From: Spirochaetales bacterium
GTDB taxonomy: Bacteria; Spirochaetota; Spirochaetia; SZUA-6; JAFGRV01
Assembly (NCBI GenBank): GCA_016937215.1
Contig: JAFGWI010000056.1
Coordinates: 15,118-79,117, forward strand
DNA: 64,000 bases
Direction: 5' to 3'
Notes under the pieces: model-generated
Told to the model about the DNA's origin: nothing
Databases searched by the model: none
The model's input: the letters and a program-made list of their open reading frames with translations, nothing else
Shown: in pieces, positions 53,651 to 63,709 of the stretch
How the letters are laid out: each line of letters begins with the position of its first letter
Position numbering within the stretch: position 1 is the first letter of the stretch
Made by a program: the position numbers and the translations under genes

Positions 53651-54993
53651 GAATTCTGATTATTGACGATGAAATCAATATTCTGAAAAGCCTGAGAACG
53701 TTTTTAGAGATAAAAAAGCATAAGGTTGATATTGCCGAAACAGAAGCGCAAGGCTTAAAAATTTTGGAAACTGATCATTTTGATGTGCTTTTGCTCGATC
53801 TTTTTCTTGAATATGAAAATCAGGGTTTTGATATATTATCGCAACTTAGAAAATCTCAGCCCCAATTGTCGGTGATCATTATTACAGGGCAAGGCTCTGT
53901 TCAAAAGGCTGTTAAGGCTATTCATCTGGGGGCCTTTGATTTTATAGAAAAACCGGTGAATACCGATAGGCTGGAAATTTTACTTCGAAATATCGAAGAG
54001 CTGAAAAAGCTGGCCCATGAAAACCAACAATTAAAAACCCGCTGGTTAGAGGAAAATTTCATCCTGGGCACTTCTGAAAAAATGCGGAAACTCATTCAGA
54101 GTGCGGACAGAGTTGCGAAGGTGAATCATGGCGTCCTTATTCAGGGTGAAAATGGTTCAGGAAAGGAACTTCTGAGCCGTTATATTTATCAAAATAGCCA
54201 AAGATCGGACAAAAGCTTTGTTGCCGTAAACTGCGCGGCCATTCCCCAGGATCTTTTTGAAAGCCAGCTTTTTGGTCATACCAGGGGCTCCTTCACAGGA
54301 GCGCACAAAGACTTTCGCGGTTTTTTTGAGCGGGCACATGGGGGGACCTTGTTTCTCGATGAAGTAGCTGAAATTCCTTTTTCATTGCAAGCGAAATTGC
54401 TCAGGGCGCTTGAAAGCGGGGAAATCCAGAAGCTGGGGGGTGATGAAATCATCAAGGTTGATGTCAGACTGATTAGTGCCAGCAACCGAAATTTACGCGA
54501 AGAAATCCGGCAGGGCCGTTTTCGTGAAGACTTGTTTTATCGTATCACCCAACTGGAGTTGACCGTTCCTTCGCTTAAAGACAGGCAGGAAGATATTCCT
54601 GCTTTGATCGATCACTTTATTCGTTTGGAGCAAGGTAATATTCACAGGGATTTTCACAGTTCCGCCTATGACTACTTAATACAAAGGTCATACCCGGGAA
54701 ATATCAGGGAATTGAAGAACCTGATTCTGCGTGTAATGGTTTTGATTCCTGACAATCCTGTAACCGGAAAACATATTGAATCAATTGATCACCTAGAAAA
54801 AAGCGAAGGGCATTCAGATATTTTCAAGAAAACCATGCCTTTGAGGAATGCCAAAAACCTCTTGGAGCAAATCTATCTAAAAAAACAGATGGAAATCCAT
54901 CATGGATCAGTCAAGGAAACTGCCTTGGCCCTTGGTATCCTTCCGAATAATTTGTCAAGAAGGCTAAAGGAACTGTGCGAATCAGGGGACTGA
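53647..54993 (+). CDS. sigma54-dependent response regulator (NtrC family: REC + AAA+ + Fis-type HTH)
   Basis: AAGGAGG lies 7 nt before GTG 53647, which overlaps the kinase stop (GTGA). ILIIDDE...LLLDLFL, GENGSGKE (Walker A), GSFTGA (GAFTGA variant) and a C-terminal HTH. Confidence 0.9.
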   Translation: MRILIIDDEINILKSLRTFLEIKKHKVDIAETEAQGLKILETDHFDVLLLDLFLEYENQGFDILSQLRKSQPQLSVIIITGQGSVQKAVKAIHLGAFDFIEKPVNTDRLEILLRNIEELKKLAHENQQLKTRWLEENFILGTSEKMRKLIQSADRVAKVNHGVLIQGENGSGKELLSRYIYQNSQRSDKSFVAVNCAAIPQDLFESQLFGHTRGSFTGAHKDFRGFFERAHGGTLFLDEVAEIPFSLQAKLLRALESGEIQKLGGDEIIKVDVRLISASNRNLREEIRQGRFREDLFYRITQLELTVPSLKDRQEDIPALIDHFIRLEQGNIHRDFHSSAYDYLIQRSYPGNIRELKNLILRVMVLIPDNPVTGKHIESIDHLEKSEGHSDIFKKTMPLRNAKNLLEQIYLKKQMEIHHGSVKETALALGILPNNLSRRLKELCESGD

Positions 54994-54994
54994 A

Positions 54995-56197
54995 TCAATA
55001 GGCTGTTTTTTTCTTTCTAATTAAATAACCCTCTTTTACCGGCTGGCTGGTTTCTATAATATAGTCCTTCATGTGGTCTGCCTGGGTGACAGGCTCTCCC
55101 TTTTCGTTGAAAATGGCAAAAACATCATCACACAAAAAAAGCACATCGTAGCCAATATATTCCAGCTTGTCAGTGGTCCTGATCTGGTTTTTTACATGCA
55201 ATTTGAAGCGACCTGGTTCAAGTTCTTCACCTATGGTGCCAAGGAATTCATATTCCCGTAAATAGGATTTCTGTGTGGTTTTATCCATATCCTTTTTATC
55301 AAAGAAAAAGCCGGTTGAGAATTCCCGATGGCTCACTTTATCGATTTCATCCTTGTAAGCCTGCAAGTCGGGGACCTCTATGCCGTAAAAAGCATCAAGG
55401 GCTTTTCTGTAGGCTCGCGTTACAATTGCCGTATAATAAACAGACTTCATTCGCCCCTCAATTTTGAGTGAATCCACACCCGCGTCGGAAAGCTCCTTGA
55501 GGTAATCTATCATCATCATGTCCTTGGACGAGAGAATTGATGTGAAACCCTCGCCTTGAATCACCGGAAAAAATTGACCAGGCCTTTCTTCCTCTTCAAG
55601 CACCCGGAATTTCCATCGGCAGGAATGGGCGCAATCCCCCTGATTTGCTGAGCGATCTGCCATGTATTTACTGAGAAAACATCGGCCTGCGTAAGCCAGA
55701 CACATGGCCCCATGAACAAAAACCTCTATTTCGAGGCCTGTTCGTTTTTTGACTCTCTCGATTTGCTTTAAGGACATTTCCCTGCCCAGGATAATTCTGC
55801 TGAATCCCAGGTCCGCGTAGGCCATGGCCGCGTCGCTGTTTATACAATTGGCCTGGGTGCTTAAATGCAGTTCTTTAAGAGGAAAACGCTTTTGGAGCAG
55901 TTTTACAATACCAATATCACTGATGATAAAGGCATCGATAGGGTAATCCTGAATGTAATCAAGTTCCATTAGAAGACGGTCAATATCTTCATCATGAAAA
56001 TAGATATTCAGAGCGCAATAAAGCTTTTTATCGGGTCCCTTGATTCTCTTGACGATTTGGTGGTCATCTTCATAAAAATTATCAGCCTTTGCGCGCAGGG
56101 AAAAATTTTTAATCCCAATATAAGCCGCATCAGCTCCGTAGAGATAAGCTGTTTTTAATTTTTCCCAATTGCCTGCCGGCGCCAATAGTTCCATCAT
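54995..56197 (-). CDS. peptidase U32 family protein (PrtC/YegQ-like)
   Basis: 400 aa. MELLAPAGNWEKLKTAYLYGADAAYIG and EIEVFVHGAMCLAYAGRCFLS are U32 hallmarks. Confidence 0.85.
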   Translation of the reverse strand: MMELLAPAGNWEKLKTAYLYGADAAYIGIKNFSLRAKADNFYEDDHQIVKRIKGPDKKLYCALNIYFHDEDIDRLLMELDYIQDYPIDAFIISDIGIVKLLQKRFPLKELHLSTQANCINSDAAMAYADLGFSRIILGREMSLKQIERVKKRTGLEIEVFVHGAMCLAYAGRCFLSKYMADRSANQGDCAHSCRWKFRVLEEEERPGQFFPVIQGEGFTSILSSKDMMMIDYLKELSDAGVDSLKIEGRMKSVYYTAIVTRAYRKALDAFYGIEVPDLQAYKDEIDKVSHREFSTGFFFDKKDMDKTTQKSYLREYEFLGTIGEELEPGRFKLHVKNQIRTTDKLEYIGYDVLFLCDDVFAIFNEKGEPVTQADHMKDYIIETSQPVKEGYLIRKKKTAY

Positions 56198-56497
56198 GTT
56201 GCGAAATATACATGAAAAATAAAAAAAGTAAAAGACCTGCCTGCCTGCCAGGCTGATTGATTATATGATAACTTATTTTTTTATGTGTTGCCCTTTTTTC
56301 ATCTCAAAAATCCAGGATTTTCCTTTACGGATTTTTTGCTTACCTGTTGGAGCTCTTTTCATGTGATTCGGCCAGGCAGCTAATTTTTTGGGCCAATGTC
56401 TTTTGCTGAAAAGTTAATTTTACATTTGATTCCTCAATGCTATATCCATTTTGCTTAAGCGTGCCTTACCACAGGGAGAATAAGAAATGGAGTCACG

Positions 56498-57337
56498 CTA
56501 TGTAATTGACATTTGCGAAATCCAATGATAAAAAGCCTGGGTGAGGGGATTGTCATTGTGGCTGCCAACAAGCTGAAAGCCCTGTTTTAACGCCTCCGGC
56601 GCGTTTTCAACAATATAGGAGTAGGGTGCCCATTCAAGAAGGTCCCTGTCATTGAAATCATTGCCTAAAGCCAGCACCTTTGTGGGTTCTATTCCGAGAA
56701 ATTGGCATAAGGCCATACTGGCCCTGGCTTTGGAAGCCTGGGCAGGCAATATTTCCAGCCAGATTGAGCCATCCTGTAAAGGTGAACTGGAATACACGAT
56801 AGTATATTGGCTAAAAACTGATTGAATTAAATCAAAGCATGATCCAAAGGAATCTGCCTCACAAATGATCACAATCTGGCTGATTTCTGGAAATAAAGGC
56901 TTTGATCGGTTGAAAACCCTGGCATAGTCCTGGTATATATCCAGACGATGCTGAAAAGCTTGGGTGATTTTACCAAAATTACAGTATTCAAAATAGTGAT
57001 TATCCGGCAGCGGAGCGTGAGCCATGAAATCGATTTTCATTTTGTGCAAATTATCGTAAATGCTGTGAGTTTCTTTTTGTGAAAAGCAAAGAGATCTGAT
57101 CCACTGTTTTTCGGCAAAGGAATAAATACCATTACCGCAAGACAGAACCGCGTAATCAAAGGGCGGATTATCTCCAAAAGTCTTGGTAATAGAAAAAAGA
57201 TGCCTGCCTGTAGCCATGACTCTTATAATATTCATGTTTTTTGCCTGTTCAAGGGTCTCTCTATCCCTTTGACCAATTTCTTTTTGGCTGTTTAACAGTG
57301 TTCCGTCCAAATCGCTTATGATCATTCCACTTTGCAT
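56498..57337 (-). CDS. Cof-type HAD-IIB phosphatase
   Basis: 279 aa. IISDLDGTLLNS, ATGR and GNDFNDRDLLE motifs. Confidence 0.8.
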   Translation of the reverse strand: MQSGMIISDLDGTLLNSQKEIGQRDRETLEQAKNMNIIRVMATGRHLFSITKTFGDNPPFDYAVLSCGNGIYSFAEKQWIRSLCFSQKETHSIYDNLHKMKIDFMAHAPLPDNHYFEYCNFGKITQAFQHRLDIYQDYARVFNRSKPLFPEISQIVIICEADSFGSCFDLIQSVFSQYTIVYSSSPLQDGSIWLEILPAQASKARASMALCQFLGIEPTKVLALGNDFNDRDLLEWAPYSYIVENAPEALKQGFQLVGSHNDNPLTQAFYHWISQMSIT

Positions 57338-57385
57338 GAACTGAATTTACATTGATTTATGCAGGAACTCAAGCCCTGTTTTTAA

Positions 57386-57919
57386 TCATAGCAAACCCAT
57401 TTTTTTTAATTTAGGAGTAATCACAAACTGACAATACCCATAATTACGATTATTAACATAAAAATTCTGGTGATAATCTTCAGCTTTATAAAAGTGCTCA
57501 AAAGCCTTTACTTCGGTTACAATGGGCAATTTATAAAGAGCAGACAAGTCATCGATCATTTTTTCAGCAATCACTTTTTGATTGTCTGTATGGTATAAAA
57601 TAATGGAGCGGTATTGAGGTCCGATATCCGCTCCCTGCTGATTTTTGGTGGTCGGATCATGGGCTTTGAAAAAAATATGAAGAATTTCCTTAAAGCTGAT
57701 TTTGGCTGAATCAAAGTGAATATGAATCACCTCCGCGTGGCCTGTTTTTTTACTTGATACTTCTTCGTAACTCGGATTTTTTTGGTGCCCACCGGAATAT
57801 CCGCTTTCCACCTTTAAAATTCCGTCAATGTTGTTGAAAACCGCCTCGATACACCAGAAACAGCCTCCACCTAAAGTCGCGGTTTCTGACTGGCTATCGA
57901 TTTTATTTGGCCTATCCAT
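57386..57919 (-). CDS. msrA: peptide methionine-S-sulfoxide reductase MsrA
   Basis: 177 aa. [10 protein letters not shown] active site, GHAEV and DPTT motifs. Confidence 0.9.
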   Translation of the reverse strand: MDRPNKIDSQSETATLGGGCFWCIEAVFNNIDGILKVESGYSGGHQKNPSYEEVSSKKTGHAEVIHIHFDSAKISFKEILHIFFKAHDPTTKNQQGADIGPQYRSIILYHTDNQKVIAEKMIDDLSALYKLPIVTEVKAFEHFYKAEDYHQNFYVNNRNYGYCQFVITPKLKKMGLL

Positions 57920-58100
57920 ATCCGGCTCCTTTCAATCTACTGCATTAAAAAATAAGCTATGCTTTAAGGTAAGTAAATTGCGAATAAAGGGCTATGGTCT
58001 GAATAAAATCTTGCCTGGTCACACACAGACTATAATGAAACTGGATTTTCCGTTTTCTTTGGAAAATGTAAAAAGCCTTGTATTTGTTGAGCTAGTTTTC

Positions 58101-58417
58101 TTTTTTGGCGTTGCCTGCCGCCCATAAACAGCAATTCTATATTTGAGTACAAATATTACGAATTGTGCTTAATTTCAATTCGTTGCAGTTACAATTCCAA
58201 ATATAAACTATTATTAACGCAGTTTCATAGCATCGGTTAATTTTTATTTTTAACAAAAGGTTTATATTTGGAATTGTTGTACCGGGGGCATGGCAGGCCG
58301 GGCTATTCGGTACTTCGCTGTTGCTCCGAAGGTTTTTTGCCTGAAATTATCAGGCAAAAAACGCTTTGGCTTGCCATTTTTGAAAAAATGGCAAGCCATA
58401 CCTTCTATCCCTAACGC
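58101..58417 (+). repeat. structured intergenic element, family 1, copy C, carrying a 159-nt AT-rich insertion in the P2 loop
   Basis: TTTTTTGGCGTTGCCTGCCGCCC | insertion 58124-58282 | CGGGGGCATGGCAGGCCGGGCTATTCGGTACTTCGCTGTTGCTCCGAA, hairpin GTTTTTTGCCTG-AAATTAT-CAGGCAAAAAAC, hairpin CTTGCCATTTTTGAAAAAATGGCAAG, then TATCCCTAACGC. The insertion contains an 18-bp perfect inverted repeat (58191-58208 / 58260-58277). Confidence 0.75.
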
Positions 58418-58551
58418 ATTGATAGTCCGATTGTGATTTAGCTAAACAAGTAGAGGGCTTTAAATAACAATAGCATTAAAAAATAATGTTTCGGCGGGCA
58501 TGGTTTTGTGAAAACCGACAGATTGGATAGAAAAAAAGATGTAAGGTTGTC

Positions 58552-58588
58552 TTGACATCTTTACAATTAAATTGTATGGTATAACCAT
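58552..58588 (+). promoter_or_regulatory. sigma70-type promoter (TTGACA-17-TATGGT) overlapped by a HutC/GntR-type palindromic operator ATGGTATAACCAT
   Basis: -35 at 58552-58557, a 17-nt spacer, -10-like TATGGT at 58575-58580. The 13-bp perfect palindrome at 58576-58588 resembles the TGGTATAGACCA-type HutC-subfamily operator and overlaps ATG 58587. Confidence 0.45.
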
Positions 58589-59315
58589 GATGCTTGATCC
58601 CCATTCTCCGGTACCCCTTTATTCTCAACTCGCGGATGCGATACTTGTCCAAATCAAGACAGGACAATTAAGGCCTGGAACAAAGATCCCTTCTGAACAT
58701 GATCTTGCTAAAAGATATAGCTTGGGGCGGCCGACGGTGCGTCAAGCAACCGACTTGCTTGTGCGAAGGCGAATCCTTGAACGGCGTAAAGGTTCCGGAA
58801 CCTATGTCCTGAATCAGGACGAGGAAATCAATTTATTTTCACTTGCCGGTAGTGTAAGCGCCTTCAAGGACAAGGGCCTGTTGATCAAAAGGCGTATCAC
58901 CCATAAAATAACACGCCGCGATGATGTGACTGATTTTGATAACCCCTTTTTTATGAAATGGACCCTTTTTTTTCAACGAATCAGTTTGTATGAAAATAAG
59001 CCTTTTTTGCTTGAAAATATTTTTTTACATCCAACTATGTTTCCCGACATAGAGAATTATGATTTTTCAAGCGAATCCCTTTCGAGGGTTATTCAGGAAG
59101 TTTATCAGCGCAAAATCGGACATGGCAAACAGAGCTTTTCTGTTGCCCTGGCTGAAGAAAAAATTAGTCAATTGCTGGAGCTTGAAAAAAAAATATCCCT
59201 GCTGGTCGTGAAACGCCATCTTTATTTTTATCACCATGAGCCAGGGTTGTATGCTGAAATGTATTGCACACCCAAGCCATTTGCTTTTACCCAGATTTTT
59301 GGAGGTAACCTATGA
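58587..59315 (+). CDS. GntR-family transcriptional regulator, HutC subfamily (wHTH + UTRA domain)
   Basis: PLYSQLADAILVQIKTGQLRPGTKIPSEHDLAKRYSLGRPTVRQATDLLVRRRILERRKGSGTYV, then a UTRA-like C-terminal domain. ATG 58587 is preferred over the TTG at 58572. Confidence 0.8.
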   Translation: MMLDPHSPVPLYSQLADAILVQIKTGQLRPGTKIPSEHDLAKRYSLGRPTVRQATDLLVRRRILERRKGSGTYVLNQDEEINLFSLAGSVSAFKDKGLLIKRRITHKITRRDDVTDFDNPFFMKWTLFFQRISLYENKPFLLENIFLHPTMFPDIENYDFSSESLSRVIQEVYQRKIGHGKQSFSVALAEEKISQLLELEKKISLLVVKRHLYFYHHEPGLYAEMYCTPKPFAFTQIFGGNL

Positions 59316-60598
59316 AAAACAATGAAAACAATGAAAACAATCAATGGGGAGAACCTATCTCTTCAGGGACTCAAGTGGTTGGTCCTTATTTTGGCGCCTA
59401 TGGAGGGGCCTTTATTCCGGAAATTCTTTATTCCACTATCGAAGAGCTTAAGGAAGAATTCCACAAGGCAAAAAATGATCCTGCTTTCTGGGAAGAATAC
59501 AAGGCCTTGATGTCCAATTATTCCTGTCGGCCAACACCCCTAACCTATGCCGAAAGGCTAACCGAGCATTTTAAGGGTGCGAAAATTTTTATTAAACGTG
59601 AAGATTTGAACCATACCGGAGCGCATAAAGCCAATAATGTTATGGGCCAAGGGCTTTTGGTAAAGCGTATGGGGAAGACCCGTGTGATTGCTGAAACAGG
59701 AGCCGGCCAGCATGGGGTTGCCACAGCCACCATGGCAGCGCGTTTCGGATTCGACTGCACCATTTATATGGGTGAAGTTGATGTTAAGCGCCAACGCCCC
59801 AATGTTTTCTGGATGGAACGTCTTGGAGCCACAGTCGTTGCTGTGAAAGAGGGTACGCGTATTCTTAAGGATGCGATAAATGAAGCCATGCGTGATTGGG
59901 TGTCCAACATGGATAGTACCCATTATGTTCTGGGAACTGCCTGCGGGCCTCATCCTTTTCCTGAAATGGTGAGCTATTTCCAGTCCATTATCGGCATAGA
60001 GGCACGAAAACAGATCCTCCAACAGCATGGAGCATTACCAGCGCGTGTCTATGCCTGCGTTGGAGGCGGTTCCAATGCCATGGGAATTTTTTCCGGTTTT
60101 TTTGATGATCCTGTTGAACTGGTAGGCGTGGAAGCAGGAGGGTATGGCCTTTCAACCGGGCAGCATGCTTCCCGGTTATCTTCTAACGATTCAAGCATCG
60201 GTGTAGCCCAGGGATATAAAACCTATTTTCTTCAAAACCATGAAGGCCAGATGAAGGAAACCCATAGTGTTTCAGCTGGTCTTGATTATGTGGGTGTGTC
60301 ACCGATTTTAGCCAATTTTAAGGAAACTGGACGTGTTCGTTTTGAGGCAGCGACTGATAAGGAAGTGATAGAGGCCCTGACGCTGAGCATTAAGAAAGAA
60401 GGTTTGATTCCTGCGCTTGAATCTGCTCATGCCTTTGTTCAAGCCTTTAAGGAAGCTCCCGAACTTTCGGCAGACAAAGCAATCATTATCAACCAATCGG
60501 GCAGGGGAGATAAGGACATATTCACAGTGGCAGATGCCTATGCTGATCCAGCCTGGAGAGAATTTATTATAGCCAAAGCGGAGGAATATCATGAATAA
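59312..60598 (+). CDS. trpB: tryptophan synthase beta chain
   Basis: 428 aa. LNHTGAHKANNVMGQGLLVKRMGKTRVIAETGAGQHGVATA and GGGSNAMG PLP-binding motifs. The start overlaps the gntR stop (ATGA). Confidence 0.9.
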   Translation: MKNNENNENNQWGEPISSGTQVVGPYFGAYGGAFIPEILYSTIEELKEEFHKAKNDPAFWEEYKALMSNYSCRPTPLTYAERLTEHFKGAKIFIKREDLNHTGAHKANNVMGQGLLVKRMGKTRVIAETGAGQHGVATATMAARFGFDCTIYMGEVDVKRQRPNVFWMERLGATVVAVKEGTRILKDAINEAMRDWVSNMDSTHYVLGTACGPHPFPEMVSYFQSIIGIEARKQILQQHGALPARVYACVGGGSNAMGIFSGFFDDPVELVGVEAGGYGLSTGQHASRLSSNDSSIGVAQGYKTYFLQNHEGQMKETHSVSAGLDYVGVSPILANFKETGRVRFEAATDKEVIEALTLSIKKEGLIPALESAHAFVQAFKEAPELSADKAIIINQSGRGDKDIFTVADAYADPAWREFIIAKAEEYHE

Positions 60599-61367
60599 AA
60601 CCAAGGTTACCGAATATATTGAAAACCAGTTGAAGAAGAAAAAAATTCTGCTTATGACCCATATTGTTTGCGGTTATCCGGATTTTGAAACTTCCTACCG
60701 TATAGTTGAGGAAATGGTTAAAGCCGGAGTTGACATGATGGAACTTCAAATTCCCTTTTCCGAACCTATCGCTGACGGCCCTGTTATTTTACACGCGAAC
60801 CAGAAATCCCTGGAGTCCGGCACGACAGTTAAGGACTGCCTTGATTTTGCCCGAAAAGTAACCAGTGATTTTGAAATTCCTTTTTTATTCATGAGCTATT
60901 ATAATATTCTTTTTAAAGCCGGTGTTGACACTTTTGTCAAGGAAATGGCAAGCAGAGGGCTTCAGGGGGCCATTGTTCCCGATCTTCCGCCAGAGGAAGG
61001 TTCAAAATATCTTTCCTGTATGGATGAAAAGGGGTTATCCCCTGTTTTTATCTTTACACCTAACACGTCTTTTGAACGCATGAAGTATATCGCCAACTTG
61101 GCAAGGGGTTTTGTCTATTGTGTCGCGCGAAAGGGTGTAACCGGTCTGGATACCAGTTTTTCGGACAAGCTTGAAACTTATTTACAACAATGTCGTGAAG
61201 CCGTACAGCTCCCTATTGCTCTTGGTTTTGGCGTTAAAGATAAATCGGATGTGAATTTTTTAATTGGCAAAGCTGATATTGCCATTGTTGGTACCCAAAG
61301 CATACGTGTTGTGGAACAGCAAGGTTTAAAGGCTCTCGGGCCCTTTATCGCGGGTTTACGTGATTGA
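60591..61367 (+). CDS. trpA: tryptophan synthase alpha chain
   Basis: 258 aa. MELQIPFSEPIADGPVI and GFGV motifs. Overlaps the trpB end by 8 nt. Confidence 0.9.
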   Translation: MNKTKVTEYIENQLKKKKILLMTHIVCGYPDFETSYRIVEEMVKAGVDMMELQIPFSEPIADGPVILHANQKSLESGTTVKDCLDFARKVTSDFEIPFLFMSYYNILFKAGVDTFVKEMASRGLQGAIVPDLPPEEGSKYLSCMDEKGLSPVFIFTPNTSFERMKYIANLARGFVYCVARKGVTGLDTSFSDKLETYLQQCREAVQLPIALGFGVKDKSDVNFLIGKADIAIVGTQSIRVVEQQGLKALGPFIAGLRD

Positions 61368-61489
61368 TCAGTGTCATTGATGCTAAGACCCGTAAATCAG
61401 GAACAGGGCAGGGGTTGATATTTAATAATCTGGCATTTCATCATGGCCTGAAAAGCTGGGTGAAGAAAATTTTTTAGAAAACAGCGAGC

Positions 61490-61526
61490 AGCGGTAGTAT
61501 CGAAGATATTACCGCTCTTTTTATTT
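61490..61526 (+). terminator. rho-independent terminator after trpA
   Basis: AGCGGTA (61490-61496) pairs with TACCGCT (61510-61516), followed by CTTTTTATTT. Confidence 0.6.
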
Positions 61527-61540
61527 GTGCAAAAACAATA

Positions 61541-63082
61541 TTATTCCGCATACTCAACAAGGGGAACGGCCTTTTTAAAGGCCAGGGCATAATTGGGCTG
61601 TACTTTGCCGGTTACTAAACCCTGAAAGGAATCGGAATCCCTTAATAAACCCCAGCGGTCTGTTCCCTGGTGTGGAAGTGTCATGGCTTTTTCGCTTTTT
61701 GTCATGGCATAGGCAACAAAGACACCTTCGGTTGGTAAATCCTCGGAGCAGGTGATGATAACACGATTGCCGGAAATCTCAACCGATTGAATGGTTTCCT
61801 TACCTCGCGGTGAGGTTATTTCAAAACCTTTTCCATTCATCCATTGAGTTTCATTTTGGTGAGGAATTTGAAAGTTTTCATCCCATACCAAAGGGGGAGA
61901 AGGAACATGAAAATCGATGGAAATAATATGATTGTTGCGAAGGATATTTAATGGCTGAAGTGGTTGCCAATCATTCTTTAGAATAACCCGCTGGTAATAG
62001 ATTTCAGCATACTTTTCTCCCAATTCTTGATAGCCCTCTGCTTTAAAATGAATTTCATCAATATCATAAGGATATTGGTACTTTGGGCCGGAACACACAA
62101 TGCTGGCAGGATTGTCCATGGCTATTTGCCATGCCGCAAGAGTTGATAGGGAGTTGTCACCCCAGGAATTCTGTTGTGAGACAATCATCAAAACATCTTC
62201 GTTTTGTCCTGTAATGGCTTTTATATCTGAATTATAATCCTGCCATAACTGAAGAAGCTCTGACCCATAGTTTGGGTTATCTGTATCGCTTTCTCCATGG
62301 GTCATAATAATAGCGCCGATACCGTAGCTCTTTCCCTGTTCACGGGCAAGACGGGTGATTGCTTCCACTTCTATCATCGAAGCGGCATAGGCGCGACCAT
62401 TGACGCCGTTTATAGTAGCCTCTTTTTTAAGGTAAACCAAGGCTTTACCATCTTCACCGACATTTGTGTGAACGCTGACGTAGTCGCGATCATGGTTGTT
62501 CTTTAAAAGTGCAGATATTTGATTGGCCATGGATGAATGGGGTGTTTCGCCTAAAATGTTTGCCGGCCAGGCGCTCGGGTATTGGGGCGCGTAGCGGTTG
62601 ATGGGCTCAGTTAATGGAACCAATTCCAAAAGAGGATCGGTAGAAGAAATCGGCCATTCCAAATCGGCTTTGGATAATTTCAAATTGGCAAATGGCTGGG
62701 TAATCGATTCAACAGGTTTGGCTTTCACTCCCACAGCGAGGCTTTGTCCTGTTCCTATAATACCAGCCCAATCCCATGGAATATTCAGCTGCGCTGATTC
62801 ACCGGGGAAATGATCTATGATTTTAATATAATATTGAGCGATGAAAAGCGCATCAACAACATTTATAATGTCATTGGCATCAACATCGGCCGCGATCCTA
62901 TTAAAGGGATGTGGTTCCATTTCCACATAGTATTGCGCTGTAAAAAGGGCATCAACAATATTGATAATATTATCTTCATTCACATCGCCGAGAGTAGAGC
63001 TTTGGCCAAAAACCGAAATTGTGATTATTGATAATACAACTAAAAAGAACAAATATTTTTTATGTTTTTCGAAAAATACCAT
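61541..63082 (-). CDS. secreted carbohydrate esterase-like protein (sialate O-acetylesterase/DUF303-type SGNH fold) with N-terminal dockerin
   Basis: AAAGGA lies 6 nt before ATG 63082. Signal peptide. GDVNEDNIINIVDALFTAQYYV and ADVDANDIINVVDALFIAQYYI. IIGTGQSLAVG (GQS nucleophile motif) and IIMTHGESD. Confidence 0.6.
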   Translation of the reverse strand: MVFFEKHKKYLFFLVVLSIITISVFGQSSTLGDVNEDNIINIVDALFTAQYYVEMEPHPFNRIAADVDANDIINVVDALFIAQYYIKIIDHFPGESAQLNIPWDWAGIIGTGQSLAVGVKAKPVESITQPFANLKLSKADLEWPISSTDPLLELVPLTEPINRYAPQYPSAWPANILGETPHSSMANQISALLKNNHDRDYVSVHTNVGEDGKALVYLKKEATINGVNGRAYAASMIEVEAITRLAREQGKSYGIGAIIMTHGESDTDNPNYGSELLQLWQDYNSDIKAITGQNEDVLMIVSQQNSWGDNSLSTLAAWQIAMDNPASIVCSGPKYQYPYDIDEIHFKAEGYQELGEKYAEIYYQRVILKNDWQPLQPLNILRNNHIISIDFHVPSPPLVWDENFQIPHQNETQWMNGKGFEITSPRGKETIQSVEISGNRVIITCSEDLPTEGVFVAYAMTKSEKAMTLPHQGTDRWGLLRDSDSFQGLVTGKVQPNYALAFKKAVPLVEYAE

Positions 63083-63328
63083 GTGTTTTCCTTTCGTTGT
63101 CAATTATTTTATTTTAAATGACTACATAATAATATTGATAGGGATTGTTGTCAATGTCCGTGAATTAGCTCAGAAAGCCATAGTTCAAATGCTTTATATC
63201 TATTAAAGACATAATTTCATAGCGTTATAGTGAGTAATTAGTGTTTATGATTGGCAGCTTTAAAAACCCTTGAGAGGGGAATGGCTTTCCACTTGCAGTT
63301 TATTAAGTGAATAAGTTATAATAAAGGA

Positions 63329-63709
63329 ATGAAACAATGCCCTATATGTAAAACCACTCTTAGCGAAATTGACTATCACAAGGAACGTGTGGATTTTTGT
63401 CCTGATTGTGGTGGTTCTTTTTATGATAAAGGCGAATTGGATAAAATCATAGGAATGTTTGAGCTTTATGAAGCCATTACTCTTAATGAAGCCGAGATTG
63501 ATACCCTGCCAATAATCGAAAAACAAAGGGAAGTACTCTGTCCCAAGGATCAGCAGCCAATGGAGCCGCTTGAAATTGCGGGACAGATAATTGATCGCTG
63601 TCCTCAGTGTCAGGGAATCTGGCTTGACAAAGGGGAAATTGTCGCACTGAAAATAGCTGAAAATCATATCCGCGAAAACATGAATCTATATATCAGGCTG
63701 GGTCATTGA
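63329..63709 (+). CDS. tandem zinc-ribbon protein (two zf-TFIIB/PF13453-like CxxC...CxxCxG modules)
   Basis: 126 aa. CPICKTTL...VDFCPDCGGSFYDKGELDKI and CPKDQQPM...IDRCPQCQGIWLDKGEIVAL. The stop overlaps the start of the downstream Doc gene (TGATG). Confidence 0.7.
   Translation: MKQCPICKTTLSEIDYHKERVDFCPDCGGSFYDKGELDKIIGMFELYEAITLNEAEIDTLPIIEKQREVLCPKDQQPMEPLEIAGQIIDRCPQCQGIWLDKGEIVALKIAENHIRENMNLYIRLGH

Noticed and set aside
63260-63667. 135-aa minus-strand ORF
   Set aside because: It is antisense to the zinc-ribbon gene, which has clear repeated CxxC motifs and is coupled to doc. The antisense ORF has no RBS and no domain signature.
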